Assembly (NCBI GenBank): GCA_050084985.1
Contig: JBITNC010000001.1
Coordinates: forward strand, 117,366,001-117,430,000
Reading direction: 5' to 3'
Source: Nageia nagi
Taxonomy: Eukaryota > Plantae > Pinophyta
Length of the DNA: 64,000 bases
Below, piece after piece: positions 38,991 through 54,039 of this stretch. The notes below the pieces were generated by a model. The model saw nothing but the letters and a program-made list of their open reading frames with translations. It had not been told where the DNA came from and made no database searches. The position numbers were made by a program, and so were the translations under genes. Each line of letters begins with the position of its first letter. Positions within the stretch are counted from its first letter, which is position 1.

Positions 38991-40589
38991 TATTAGCATG
39001 TTACAAGTGAATGAGATCAAAACATAACAAGTAAATTATTTACTAGCATAATTCTAACATTATTGCATAAAGAAATGTAGAAATAAATACCAACCATTTC
39101 AAAGTTAAATGTTGTCACCAAAAGCTAGACCATCAATTTAAGTAACTAATGTTTTTCTTCCACTTGTGCATTGTTAAAACACATCAGTCCATCAACATTG
39201 CATGTATATTAATTCATACCAAGAAAAATGTAATATAAGCCACTCCTGCTATTAATACGACAACAATCACACACTACACTTACATGCAAGTAGAACACAT
39301 ATAATATCGGATTAATTTTTATGTATTAAGGATTTTTATGAGCTTATATTCCAATTCATTAAAATATGTAGTAAATTGTCTATAGAATGATTTGGAATTT
39401 GTACAAATAAGAATTAAAAATACCAAGAATTATTTAAGCAAAAGTAGACCATAAACTAGTATTAAAAATTACTGATTCAAATCTTAATATTGAAATATAG
39501 GACTATTTCTCTTCATGTTTTATGTTTAATAGAAAATAATGTAAAAAACAAAATTGCTTTCCAACCTCAAAATATAAGACTATTGCTTGCCCAAATCAAT
39601 CATCTTTAGTTGATCAAGGATAACTAAAAAATCAATTTTTGTAGGTGCTTTGGCTATAACACTTAAATCCTAAGGTCCTTGAACTTTGAAAAATAAGTTC
39701 TAGGTGAAACTTAGCCACTGAAGCATTAGGTATTACATGTTTTTATTAAGAAATGAATTTTGATGGATGATCCTTTAACATGTACAAGGAAATGAAAGGG
39801 TTGATTACTTGAGAACATGCATAAGATCTCAAATCTACTTTTCTAAGTATCTCAAATGAAAGGGAGCTATTTTGAATTGTTTATTTTAAAATTGTTAGAA
39901 ATACCTAATTTTTCATGATGAATGCTTTGAGTAATTCACAATATATGTTCATGTTGGCTTGATATTATTTTGGTAATTTAGGAGGTTTAGCTAATCCATT
40001 TACCTATCATTTAGACCTATGAAGATTTGATCTTAGCAAATAATAAAGGTTATTAGAGTGCCTTTTCTATTTTTATGAAGATCGGTAAACTCTAGATATT
40101 GCATTATAAAACCCTTATAAGATACTTTATACTAATGAAATAAATAGTTGAAAAGTTTTCCACATTAGATATCCATTAGTGCTAGTTGTTATGTTGTAAT
40201 TCACTTTTTCATCCTCTATTATTAAATCTCTTATAGTAATATACAAAGAAGTTAGCAAAGAAAAAAAATTGTTCATCACCAATGATTAAATAAGTCATTG
40301 TATTTATCTCTTGTTTTAGCATTTAATCTCATATCTACCTAGATCTAATCATGTCTTATTTTTAGAGATGATGTTACATCCTTACATATATCCTTTGTCT
40401 AGTGTTTTTTATCCATATCATTTTTTCCTCAAAAATATGAAGGTACATATATTTATGTGTGGTCCATTGATGATCAAAACTATTTTGAGTTTTCTATATT
40501 TAAAATATACTCTAATATTTATTTGACCTCTAGCATGTTTCTTCAATAAAGCAAATATTTATGACTCACACACAATTATCCAACAAAAT

Positions 40590-42250
40590 CTTTATAGAAA
40601 TAAAGCCCATCAACTTCACCTTAGTCTATATTTGCATTTATTTATCCAAAATCTAATTAGTTATTTTTGTTTAGGTTATTTGAATTTGATTTTCCCTTCA
40701 TTGATGAGATTTTAATTTATATTTTGATATTTATGCATGTATTTGTATTTTGAAATATTTGTTATCTCTCAACATATAATGATAGCCAACAAAGTTCAAA
40801 ACCAATAGAGAGTGATGAAATGCAAGCTAGAGTATGAAAGTAAAAGAATTGTATGTTGAATGAGTAAAATAAAGAATTTGTGTATTGAATGGGTAAAGAT
40901 GGGTAAATAATTTAATCGCATGAGTGACTCTAATCATATTATTTTTGGTATGACTAATTTTACATACATTACTAATGGATTAATAGGGTTTTATAATTAA
41001 TACAGAATTGAAGCTCGAGGCTTTTAAAACTAACCATCAATAAACAAAATTCAAACACAAGGATTTCAAATGCATGATTGAGACAAATTTTCAATGACAA
41101 CAATAATCACAAGATATGTACAAAATGGATACATTGAAAGGGGAGGTTATTTTTTTAATGAAATACTTCATCAAATGTAGTCTGATGGAATGAATGATGG
41201 GAGGTTATGCAAGTGATGAGTAGTCTCATTGAAATGTAGTGATAGGAATTTTTTTACAAACTACAAAAAGAAGACTTTCATGGAGTGCAACATGCATAAC
41301 TCATACGAAAAATAAACCCTAGGATATGTGTGAACATTTAGGCATTGCAAAATGAAGAAACAAATCTTGAGAATTAGAAAAACTACCTCGTATTGAGCTT
41401 CACTACCCTTATGAGAGCTTCGTATAACATCCACATACAAGCATTCATAGGCAAAATGCAAACGGGAATGACTCTTTTTATTTTATTTAAATGGTGTTAA
41501 TCAAACTTTGTTTAATGGGTTATACATAATTCAATTAACCCAGCAATCCTTCACATGTGTTAAACCACAGTGTGTTGGAGGTTAATGAACCTACATATAG
41601 ATTCTAATTGAAGTTCAATTAAATTTCGCATTAAGGCATGCGTATATGGTCGTTGGCATCCATTTATATTGATATGGGGTGATATGATGTATGGGTTAAT
41701 TGACCTATGTATAAACCATATAAATATAGTTCAATTAACCTAGGCTATTAATAACATCCTCAATATACATTCAAGGTGGAGAGCCTGATACAATAAGGCT
41801 AATCGAGAATCATCCATATCTAGGTTAATCAAATGAATCTTATCCAACATGTTAGTCAATATTAGGGGTTAATCGAATGTTGGTTAGTCTTGCATAAACA
41901 AAAAATGTTTAGATCAAACTAATCAAAAGGTTAATTTAACGATGCTTAGCCTACACATCACTTCGACATGTCAGTCGGTATCGAGGGTTAATTGAACGCT
42001 AGTTAATGTTGCATAATCAAAAAGTGTTTAGACCAGACTAATCAAATGAAATTTCTAGAGAGGTTAATTAAACATTATAAACAAAGTTTGATTAATCCAA
42101 GATGGGCATGGGGGATGCATGTGCCATGATAGGCATTACCTGATGACCCATGTGTATAGAGGGTTAAATGAAACATCTAGTCAAAGATAATCAAAGTTTG
42201 TATAGCTCTCATGGCATGGCTCATCAGATCATGCATGCCTATTGATGGAA
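40590..42250. repeat. Block X + full-length block B
   Basis: Colinear with 46185-47850. Confidence 0.88.
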
Positions 42251-42327
42251 CAATATATAAATGGTCATATTTGTATCTTAATCCCATAGGATTTTGTGTT
42301 ATGAATTGAGAACTATAATCACAAGTA

Positions 42328-44645
42328 TGTTGGGTATTGATAATGATTAGAGTTTAGCTAAGTGAACTTGTGCTTAAGTCACTTAACATATGGGTTTATT
42401 TGGCATCAATCTAGAATTCCTAGATAGATGTGCATTCTTGTTAATGCACAATTGAGGATGAGAATTCTTATACATAGAATTTTATGCATATTGAAAAAAT
42501 ATAGTTTGACATGAGTGCATTGTATTGAGAGGGCTTGAGAGGATAGAAAGTGTATGGGAGGAATTAATTATATTTTCATTGAGGAATGATTGTAGCTTTA
42601 CTACAGGATTGGATCACACCCAATGGAGGAAGAATACAAAGAGTGAAATTCCTTATGGGATGTACCCCATATATTTGGTGAACCTCTTACATGCTTATTT
42701 TATCTATATTTCTATGTGTGAATTCTATTTTATTTTTCTCATGTAGATAGAAATTTGAATATTTTCTCAAAAGACTATTTTATTTAATTGGTAAAAACTA
42801 ACAAATAGTATCAGATCCTGGTGTGCTTTTTGGGTATTTAATAAAAGGATTTTGATTCGAGTGGGAGGAGATGGAAGAAGATAAAAAATTTAGAGTGGAG
42901 GAATTCAATGGTTAGAACTTTTAGTTTTGGCGAATTCAAATTGAAGACTACTTGTGTTGTATCTTACAGCTTCAGTGGCATTCAACATTTCTGAGGAGAC
43001 AACTATGAAGGGTTTAATGGACACATAGAAAAGGTTGTAAGAAAATGCTTCTTCTTCAAATAAAGTATTTTTTAGAGAAGTAACTTTATAATTTGCATAT
43101 GCTAAAAGGTGGATCTGTAGCTAGTCATTTAAATTAATTCAATATAGTTGTTAGTAAGTTAGCCTCTTGTAAAGTTAAAATAGAGGAAGAGATGAAGGCC
43201 ATTTTATTTTTGTGTTCATTACCTAATAGTTGGAAGAGATTGGTAATAACTATAAGTATTATTTATAGTATTTTTTCTTTTGATAATGTGGTAAGTGCAA
43301 TCCTTGTTCATGAGTTACAAAGGAAGAGCATAGGAGAGTCATCATCTGAAGTAGCATTGATTTCTAGAGGACAACAAAGGGCAAGAGGAATGATTTTGGG
43401 AAACCATGGAGAGAATCAAGATAGATCTAGGTCTAAGGGAAATATGGAGTGTTGGCATTGTGTTAATAAGGGGCATCTGAAGAAAGATTGTTGGTCTCGG
43501 AATGGAGATGAAGGAGAAGGGTTAGAAGCATACATGGCTAGTGTTTTGTTCCAAGATGCCTTGATACTTTCTAAATACTGTGAAGGGGAGATTGACCAAA
43601 TAGTGGGACCTATGAGTGAGAGGCATGTCCATGAAGATGGACATGATTCAAGATTTATTGTATGATTTGAGGATGGAACACATAATATAGTTATAGCTTT
43701 GGTCATTATAATCGAAAGTCCTTAAGTTGAAAGGTAATTCCACTCTCAAGGAGTATGCTTTCAAAGCTAGTAGAAAAGCCATATTATGTGTGTGCATGCT
43801 ATGGGTCATACATAGTATGTAGATCTTGCCATGGTGGTGATGTTTGATTCACTATGTTACATTGTAATTTTGAGGATGTTATTGTTATCACTTATTTATG
43901 GTAGGTAGATTGTGTGTTTCTTATTGATCATAGCATAAAAGTATGTGGATGACACTAGTCTAGTGTGATGGTTCAAAGAATGGATACAATAGTATGAAGG
44001 GGTTGACATCCCTTAGTTGGTTGAAGAGTTATCTTGAACAGATTGTTGTAGCAGTGGAGTTGTGGAGGAGATGCTTTCCTCATGTGGTTGGAGTGTCATC
44101 TTCAATGGATGTAGTAATGGTATAATTGTTACAGATCAATCTCCAAGTGGGATATTATTGGATGTGGAGAAAGATTTGTGTTTAGTTAAGTGAACTTGTT
44201 GTTAAAGTCGCTTAACACATGGACTCAATTGGCATGAATCTCTTCCTAGACGGATGTACACTCCAGTTAATGCATGATTGATGAATCTATTTTAGAATGA
44301 AAATTATTATATATAGAATTTATGTGTATTGAAAAAATATAGTTTGAAATGAGTGCATTATATTGAGAGGGTTTGAGAGGAGAGAAAGTGTATGGGAGGA
44401 ATTCACTGTATTTTCATTGAGGAAGGATTGTAGTTAGTTTGCTATAAGATTGGATCCCATTGGAGGAAGAATACAAAGAGTAAAATTATTTTAAGGGATG
44501 TAACCCATATATTGGGTGAACCTCTTACATGCTTGTGTTATCTATATTTCTATGTGTGAATTCTGTTTTATTTTTCTTCTAAAGCTAGAAATCTGAATAT
44601 TTTCTCTAGAGACTATTTTTTTTTTTTAATTAGTAAAAGCTAACA
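42328..44645 (+). mobile_element. Full-length non-autonomous gag-only Ty1/Copia element (TR-GAG-like; Tnt1/Tork-type PPT), 2.3 kb
   Basis: 5' LTR 42328-42803, decayed Met-i PBS TAGTATCAGATC at 42806, PPT CCAAGTGGGA at ~44143, 3' LTR 44156-44645, TSD AAGTA on both sides. No recognisable RT or integrase. Confidence 0.93.
42871..43665 (+). pseudogene. gag: Copia gag pseudogene (UBN2 + CCHC zinc knuckle)
   Basis: [26 protein letters not shown] and CWHCVNKGHLKKDC, with several premature stops. Confidence 0.9.
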
Positions 44646-46184
44646 AAGTAGAAGTATAATCGCTAATGTACATAGTTAGTTATATGTTTTATTTTGAATT
44701 TTACAAATATAAGTAAACTTATATTTGAACTTCAAATATTTAATCACTTAACATACATTTATTGATTGCTTGATCTATTGAACATGACTTTGAATTAGAT
44801 TTTGAATATCCTAGATCTAGTTGTAATATCTTCTTTCTATATGGGATATGCTTTTGCACAATTCAATTGGGTGAATTCAAATGTACTTATGTATATTGAA
44901 AGGTAATTCATTTGGGATATTTTGAAACGTACCATTACGATGTTGCTACATATCTAGGATTTTTATTTACATTTGTACTCCATCTTCTTTCATTCATCCA
45001 TGTTAAAATTGTATTTAGATTTACTTAAACATAATTTTTACTTATTTTAAATTATAATTGTTTATTATTTAAAGTACTATTGAAAACAACAAAGCTTCTC
45101 TAATTGAAAAGTTCTATCTTTAACTATTTTGTATTTTTAATATGAACTCTATTATCTTCGTGGGTTCAACATAAATTATCCTTATGTACATATTTTATCT
45201 TTTAAAACTTTTTTAAATTTAAAAAAATTATCATATATTAAGAAAAAACAAATATCCTATCATCAATATCAATATTTTTTTTTTAATATTTGAAAGAAAC
45301 CATTGTAATTCAATTTTCTTAATATTATCATTGGAGTAAAAATGAAATGTAACAAAAACAAAGTGAAATTATAGAAAAGCTATAGCAAGCTGGTGACTAA
45401 TAAGACCATTTCAAAACCAAAGAATATATTCTGATTTAGTTGTGCACCATCATTCGAAACGAGTCAATTATACAGCTTTGATTTAATATACATATCACTT
45501 GCCATCTTTTGTTTTGATTTTGAACTTTATGTTCTTAATCCATTCCCATATCATGCAATGGAATTACATTTTTTTTTGCATGTAGAGGCATTTTTATTGG
45601 CTTAAAAGACGACTCTTGTTACATATGAATCACGTCCTAGGGCACGGGAGTTGAATGTTTATGTTTATATTAATTTATTTATGTTCATGAAAAGAATAGG
45701 AGAGCCTTAAGGGAAAGGATAAAAGAAATGAATTATAGAAATTTATTATGTGAAAATTTGTTAATAGTTTTTCTTTTTTGGTTAGAATTTATTTTCTTTC
45801 ATTTCTTTTTAATTTGATACAATTTAAGGTAATTTGATTTAGAGTATGTATTATATTTTTAAAAGAAATGATATTTTCAAAAAAAAAAATTGAATTATTT
45901 TTAATAGGTATATGAATATCATCGTTTGTAAAATTAGTTTTTTATTCTCTTAAGTTTTATTGTGATTTTATCTTTAGTAATTTGTAGAATAGTAATTAGA
46001 ATTTGATGGGTACCAGTTTCTTGACAATTATCAAACCACATCAAATAAATATTAAAATGAAGATTACTTTGAATGAAGGATCATATTATATAATAAATCA
46101 ATTCATTGTTATAGTTAAAATTCAAGTTGTATGTAAAAGATAATATGATGATAATTTATCCAAAATATGATCTATATGATGATA

Positions 46185-48701
46185 AGAAAGCCCATTAACT
46201 TCACCTTAGTCTATATTTGCATTTATTTATCCAAAATCTACTTGGCTTTTTTTGTTTAGGTTATTTGAATTTAATTTTCCTATCATTGATGAGTTTTTAA
46301 TTTATATTTTAAGATTTATGCATGTATTTGTATTTTGAAATATTTTCTCTCTCAACATATGATGAAAGCCAACAAGGTTCAAAACCAATAGGGAGTGTAC
46401 TAAAATGCAAGGTATAGTATGAAAGTAAAAGAATTGTGTGTTGAACGGGTACAAATAAAGAATTTGTGTATTGAATGGGTAAAGATGGGTAAATAACTTA
46501 ATCATATGAGTGGCTCTAATCACATTATTATTGGTATGAATCATTTGACATACATTACTAATGAATTGAATAGGGTTTTATAATTGAGATAGAATCATAG
46601 CTCAAGGGTTTTAAAACTACCCATCGATAGACAAAATTCAAGCATAAGGATTTGAAATGCATGACAGAGATAAATTTTCAATGACAACAATAATAGCAAA
46701 ATATACACAAAATAGATACATTGAAAGGGGAGGTTAGTTTTTTTGATGAAATGCCTCATCAAAATGTATTCTCATGGAATGAATGATGGGAGGTTATGCA
46801 AGCGATGAATAATCTCATTGAAATGTATTGATAGGAACTTTTTGACAAACTACAGGAAGAAGACTTTCATGGAGTGCAACATGAAAAAATCATATGCAAA
46901 AAAACCTAGGATGTACCTGAACATTCATGCATTGCAAAATGAAAAAACTAATCTTGAGAATTAGAAAACCTACCTGGTATTGGCTTCATTACCCTTCTAA
47001 GAGCTTCTTGTAACATCCATGTCCAAGCATGCATAGAAACAATGAGAACTAGAATGACTCTTTTTATTTTATTTAAATGGTGTTAATCGAACTTCGTTTA
47101 AGGGGTTATACACAACTCAATTTAACCAATAATTCTTTGCATGTGTTAAACCATAATGTGTTGGAGGTTAATCAACATATGTATAGTTTCTAATAAAGTT
47201 CAATTAACCTTTGCATTAGCGGATGCATGTATGGTGGTTGACACCCATTCAAATTGAGGTGGGGTGATATGACGTATGGGTTAATCGACTTGTGTATAAA
47301 CCACATAAATACAGTTCAATTAACTTAGGCCATTAATAACATCCTCGATATACATTCAAGGTGAAGATCCTGATATAATGAGGTTAATGGAGCATCATCT
47401 ATATCTAGGTTAATCAAATGAATATTAGCCCACATGTCACTACCACACATTAGTTGATATCATTGGTTAATCGAACATTGGTTAATCTTGCATAATCGAA
47501 AAGCATTTAGATCAGACTAATCGAAAGGTTAATCGAATAATGCTTAGCCTACACGTCACTACCACATGTTAGTCAATATCAAGGGTTAATCAAACTCTGG
47601 TTAATCTTGCATAATTGAAAAGCATTTAGACTAGACTAATCAAATGATATTTCTAGAGAGGTTAATCAAATGTTGTAAATGAAGTTCGATTAATCTAAGA
47701 TGGGCATGGGAGATGCATGCCATGATAGGCATGACTCGATGACCCATGTGCATGGAGGGTTAAATGAAATACATTTATTTAGGGATAATGAAAGTTTGTA
47801 TAACCCCATGGCATAGCTTGTCGGGTCATGCATACATACTGATGAAACAACATGTAAAAATAAAAGAAGAATTCTGAAACTAGATAACCAACACTTTTTA
47901 TAAATATAAACTTATGAAGATCATTTTAATAAATATATTATTTGTTAAGACTATTTTAATAATTTTCCCTTAAATTAATACAAAATCAATCACTATAAAG
48001 TAATTTTCAAATAGCTACCAATGATCATTTTAATTATAATAGGAGTATCAAAGTTTTCCAATGCATTGGACACCTGCATCGCCATCGATGCTTTTGCCCA
48101 AATTTCCACCATTGTTGTTTGCTCATCTTCATCAGCATACCCCACATGGTGACCTACCAAACTATACAAATGAACAATGCCCACCACTAGGGAAGAGCAC
48201 CTAGTACATAGGCACATTTCAGGCTTATTATATACGATGACAGTGATTCAAAAATTTTAGTTACATCAACATAAATAGGTAAGGAAGAAATTGTAAAAAA
48301 ATTAAAGGGATTCGACTTTATTAATTTTAAGAATTGACTTAAGATGAATTTTAAGAATTGTAAAGTTAAAATGCACAACTACTCGATTGTCTCCCTTATA
48401 GCTTATAAGAAGTCAAATGTGTAGCATCTAGACGATGTGGATATGACAATTCAAAATCTATCCCAAACTCCAAACGTTCATGATAATTCATGATGTACCC
48501 AACTTCAAAGGAACTCTCAACCTTCCCTAAATAGATAGTACATCTTTCTTTTAAATGAAAGGAAGTTTATGTTGTACAAAATTTTCAAAAATGTGATGTT
48601 AGATTCAAGTTGCTCTTCATCATACAATTCACTATTTCTGACTATGTGGAGAGGGCATCTGATCTACCATCAATTAAAAGTGGTTGGGTGGATAGCCTTT
48701 G
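46185..48701. repeat. Blocks X+B+C (left part), further copy
   Basis: Colinear with 40590-42250 and 2402-3810. Continues at 55103 after the Copia insertion. Confidence 0.88.
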
Positions 48702-49797
48702 TGAAAATATTAATCCCCATTTTTGAGAGATATTAGGATATTTTGAGAATTATTTCATCTTTGAGAGATAATCCACACCTTCCTAGGTGTTACTGCAGAC
48801 TCTTTTTGGGGTCTATCCATCATGTCTATGCATTTTCTTCTTCCTTCAGGTGATGTTTCCATTCTTGGGTGTTATTAACTCTTATCTAGGTGTTATTATC
48901 TGCACATCTAGGCTCTATTTTCATTACAACCTCTGCTACATCCTACACTCCATGACTTAGAGACTGCAAGGCTTACTTCTTGAACTTTAAGCTGTAGTGC
49001 ATCTCCTCTAGGTTATGCATCATCATGGTTGTTATTCAATCTTTGAGCACTATCAAACCCTGATCTCCAAAATGTCTTTCTTAGGTTCCCTCTCCATTTT
49101 AGGCCTTATCTCCATTTCTTTGTTGCAGGTGTTAGGCTCCTCTGGGCTTTATCTCATTTCTCTAAGACTTATTAATTCTGAGCTTTATTAATTTTGGGTG
49201 CTACCACTCTTTGATACTTGTTGCACCTACCATTTTTGGTGAGTGACATCATTATTTTAGAGCCCAGATCCCAAGACTTATTGCACTATCATGACCCTCT
49301 TGTATTGGAACTCGAATTTACACTACAAAAATCTTCATATAAGAAATTTCTACCTTGGAATTAAATGCTCAATCATTGACACTAGTTTCTGAACACTAGC
49401 ATTAACATTTTTGTACAAAAATGGTTGATCTACCTTCTACAACCATTTAATGTATTTTAGATGTCATGCATACAAGGGCATAGGCTTCATCTACTTTGCA
49501 CAAAGGATGACATAATGTGTGCATGGATCCATGTTGCATTTATTTGTATTTTGACCATGTAGAAGGCATATAATATTAGATAGCCTATGCATAAATAAAA
49601 TAATAGATGGAGGAGCATAGAAAAGAGCTATGTATGTTTTCTTGTTAGCTCCAAGAGAGCATTGTAAAAAAATTTACTTCTCTACAATACAAATAATATT
49701 TTGGTCTCCTATTTATCTCGCTATTTATTTCACCTATGGTTAGCCTCGTTGTGCTCTAGCTATACACATCATTTATTTTTTTCTTTCAAACTCTTCA
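48702..49797 (+). repeat. 5' LTR
   Basis: TGAAAATATTAATCCCCATT...CTCTTCA, a direct repeat of 54040-55102. Confidence 0.92.
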
Positions 49798-49830
49798 ATT
49801 GGTATTAGAACGGGAGATTTATTGGGTTAA

Positions 49831-52800
49831 ATGGATTCCAAGTAAGGAAATTCATTACAGTTATAGATTCCCATTTTTAGTGGAGATCATTACAAGTACT
49901 AGTGCATATGGATGCAAACATTTCTTATCTCTCAATATGTATAGACATTTGTTTCCCTAGGATTTACCAACTCAGATGAAGTCACCTTTGCAATCATGAC
50001 TGTAGATGAGAAGAAAGAAGTGTTGGAGAATTGAAAGAAGGATGCTAAGGCATTGTTTGCTATCTAGTATGGGATAGATGTATCCATCTTCCCTAAAATT
50101 ATAGAGTGTAAGACTTCTAAGGAAGCATGGGAGATCTTCGAGATTGCATACAAAGGATCAACTAAGGTCCATGTGGAAAAGCTCCAGATTTTAAGGAAGG
50201 AGTTTGAATCTCTTCATATGAGGGAGGAAGAAAATATAAGTTTCTTCTATTCCAATATCCAAGATCTTATAAATGCCCTTCATTCACATGGTGAAGAGAT
50301 CAAAGACACTAGAATTGTTGAAAAGGTTCTCTAAAGCTTGCTGAGAAGGTTTGATCCCATCACCACTACCATTTAAGAAGTAGAGGACCTATCCCAACTC
50401 ATGCTAGTAGAGTAGTAGGGTAGTTTAACTACTTATGAATATAAAATTAGCAATAGAGTTAGGTCTTTGGACCAAGATTTCCAAGGATAGTTGAGAATGA
50501 AGGGCCAAGAGGCCTCTTCATCAACTCCTAGTTCTTCTTTATCCTCTCATGGAAGAGGTGGATCATGAAGAGGAAGAAGTGATGGTCGAGGTAGAGGCAA
50601 AAGAGGTCATGGAAGAGGCTGTTTTGGGGGAAGATCATAAGGTAACACCCCCAGGCATTGTGACTTCTATAACAAAAATGGTCACATGAAATCTCATTAT
50701 TGAAAGAAAAATCCCCAGCTCAAAGCTTAATATGTCAAATATCTAGCTAAGAGAAGCATGTTCCTCACCTATAGCAATTTTCAGGCTAAAGAAGAAGATG
50801 TATGGTACTTGGATAATGGATGCTCCAACCACATGATTGGAAACAAAGCCTTTTTTCTTAATGTTGACAAGTCTATCATAGGCCAAGTTAGGTTTGGTGA
50901 CAAGAAAAGTGCCAACATCCATGGTAGAGGGACCATTGCCTTTAAGTCTAAAGCTAGGAAGATAGTCTATATGAATAGCACTTTCTTTGTTCCTAGCCAA
51001 CTTAGTAGAAGGGGTTATATAACCACCTTCAAAAGGAAAGGATGCACCATAGTAAAAGAGGCAAATAACCAGCTTATAGCCACCATCCATATGACTAAAA
51101 ATAAGATGTATATGTTCAGGATGACTCCTACAACAAGTTGTTTAAAGGCATCCATTGATTTTGCCTAGTTATGGCATAGGAGAGTTGGTTATTTAAACTT
51201 TCACTCATTGAATAGTCTACACAAATTGGTGAGAGGCATTCTTGCCATCTCCCATACACCCAATGAGGTTTATGAAAGTTATGTTGTAAGAAAGCAACAT
51301 AGAGTGAAGTTTCCAAAGCACCAATACAGGGCCAAATACCCTCTTTAGCTGGTGCATGCAGACTTGTGTGGACCAATTTAGACTCCCAACCAAGGTTGCA
51401 AGTCTAGATATATTCTCATTTTTACTGATGACTTTTCTAGGATGAGTTGGTTTTATTTACTGCAAAACATGTTTGACTCCTTTGAGAGTTTTATTAAATT
51501 TAAGTCTCTTGTTGAAAAATAATTTGGCTATTTTATCAAGAAGTTCAAAACTGATAGAGGAGGAGAATTCATTTCAAATGAATTTAAGAACTTTTACCAT
51601 CAGCATGACATTGTTAGGTAGTATACAACTACCTACACTCCATAGCAAAATGAAGTGGTTGAACGAAAAAATTGAATAGTTGTTGAGATGATTAGATGCA
51701 TGATAAAAGAAAAGGGTCATCCCATTAGTTTTTGGGGTGAAGTAGTGCATACTAATATTTATATTCTAAATAGGTGTCCCACTCAATTTTTAAAGGATAC
51801 CACCCCTTATGAAGCTTGGTTTGGTGTGCATCCAAACATTTCTCATCTTCGAATATTAGGCTCAACATGTTTTGTGCATGTGCAAAAAAAATTAGGAAGA
51901 AACTTGATGAGAAATCCATAAAATGTATTTTAGTGTGATACTTTAAAGCATCTAAGGCCCATAGATGTTATGATCCACTAACTGGTAAGATACACATCAG
52001 TAGAGATATGATTTTTGAAGAAGGGAACATAACCCTTCAAGAAAATGGTGCTAACAATACCACCATTGCTAAGTTCTAGTTTGATGAAGATGGTAACCTT
52101 ATCACACTACTACACCTCCTCCTCCTCAACCTTCATCACCATATTCACCTTCCACTAGCTCACCACAACAGGCATAGCCAAATCAGTCTCCTACTGCTCA
52201 TACTCCACTAGCCAAAAATAGGTGAACAAGTTACTGCTATCATCCTCCATCATTGATGCTGGATAAAGAGCTCAACAAAAGATTGACTCGATCACAAACT
52301 AGTGCTAGAAATCAAGAGGTAAATATCTCTTATGCATTAATGGCTTCATTTATTGATCCTTCCTCATATAATAAAGTTGTTGCTAATGAGGATTGGAAGA
52401 AATCCATGGAGAATGAGATTGAGCAAATCCAGAAGAATGACACTTGGGAGCTTGTATGTACTCCCAAGGATAAGAAGGTAATTGGTGTCAAGTGGATTTA
52501 TAAACTAAAGCATAATCCTGATGCAAGCATTGCAAAGCACAAAGTCCATCTAGTTGCTAATAGATATGCTTAGAAGGAAGGGCTAGATTATGATGAGACT
52601 TTTTCACTGGTGGCTAGGTTAGAGACTATGAGATCTTTGCTTGCACTTGCCTCTTATTTTGGATTGACAATTTATCAGATGGATGTGAATTTTGCTTTCC
52701 TAAATGGATATTTAAAGGAGGTTGTTTATATTAAGCAACTTGAAGGATTTATTATTCCTGATCAAGTAGACAAGATGTATAAACTCAAAAAGGCTCTGTA

Positions 52801-53886
52801 TGGCCTTAAATAAGCACCTTGGGCATGGCATGCCTGGATTGATGATTATCTTCAAAAAAATAGTTATCAAAGATGCTTAGTGAAAAGCACACTGTACACA
52901 AAAGTTAAAGGTAGTAACTTCTTTATTATGTGCTTGTATGTTGATGATATCATTTTTACTAGCATCTCTGATGCTATGATAGATCAATTTAAGAATGCTA
53001 TGATCCGTGAATTTGAGATGAGTGATCTTGGAGAGAGGAATTATTTTCTTGGCCTACAAGTCAAGCAATACTCTAGTGGAATTTTGATCACTTAGTCCAA
53101 ATATGTGAAAGATCTACTGGCTCACTTCAATATGCAAAGATGCAACCTCGTTGATACACCAACTATTATCGAAGCCAAGTTATTAAAGGAAGACTCCTCT
53201 GCACATGTTGATGCCACTATGTACCGATCCTTAATTGGTAGCCTTATGTATCTCATTGCTACAAGATCAAACATCATGTTTGATGTCAGCAAAGTAGCTT
53301 GATTCATGCACTCACCACATCATATGCATTGGATTACAACCAAGTGGATCTTACACTATGTAAGTGGCACATGTCAATATGGGCTTTGGTATACATCCTC
53401 AGACTAGGAAATGTTACAAGCCTATACAAATGTTTATTAGGCTAGATGTCTTGATGACTGGAAGAGCATTTTAGGGTATGGATTCTCTTTAGATAATCTT
53501 TGGTCTCATGGAGTAATAAGAAGTAATCTACTATTGCACTTTCATCAATAGAAGCTGAGTACATTATTGCCTCTACCACTTGCACACAAGCCATTTGGCT
53601 TGCTCGTCTTTTTGAAGACTTGGGCATGGATATTGAGCTCTCCATTTTAGTGCACTATGACAATCTTAGCATGATTGCCATGACTAGCAACCTTGTATTT
53701 CACAATAGGAAAAAGCATATTGATATATGCCATCACTTTATGAGAGATCTGGTTGATGATGGCTTTATCCAATTTCATCACTATCCTATTGATGCTCAAC
53801 TTAAAGATATTTTTACAAAGCCATTGTTTAGGGATCATTTCTACTACCTTCAGAGCCATCTTGGAGTTAAAACCTTAGACATTTAG
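49831..53886 (+). pseudogene. Copia gag-pol polyprotein pseudogene
   Basis: IPIFSGDHYKY (gag), WYLDNGCSNHM (protease), LVHADLCGP and KTDRGGEF (integrase), QMDV.FAFLNG, LKKALYGLK and YVDD (RT), KHIDI.HHF.RD and DIFTK (RNase H). Many stops and frameshifts. Confidence 0.95.
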
Positions 53887-54039
53887 GGGGTGAATATTGA
53901 CGTACCTTGACTACCACAAGCCACTAGCCAAACTCTAAATATATTGCATATGTATTTAACTTTGTTTTCTTTGAATTTGTGTTTTTTTGGCCAACAAAGA
54001 AACTATTTTCATTTTTTTCATGAAGGTTAAGGGGGTGAT

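Noticed and set aside
50743-53859. Minus-strand ORFs within the Copia element (50743, 51128, 53122, 53442, 53647) and 13509, 43416
   Set aside because: They are antisense shadows of gag/pol coding sequence.
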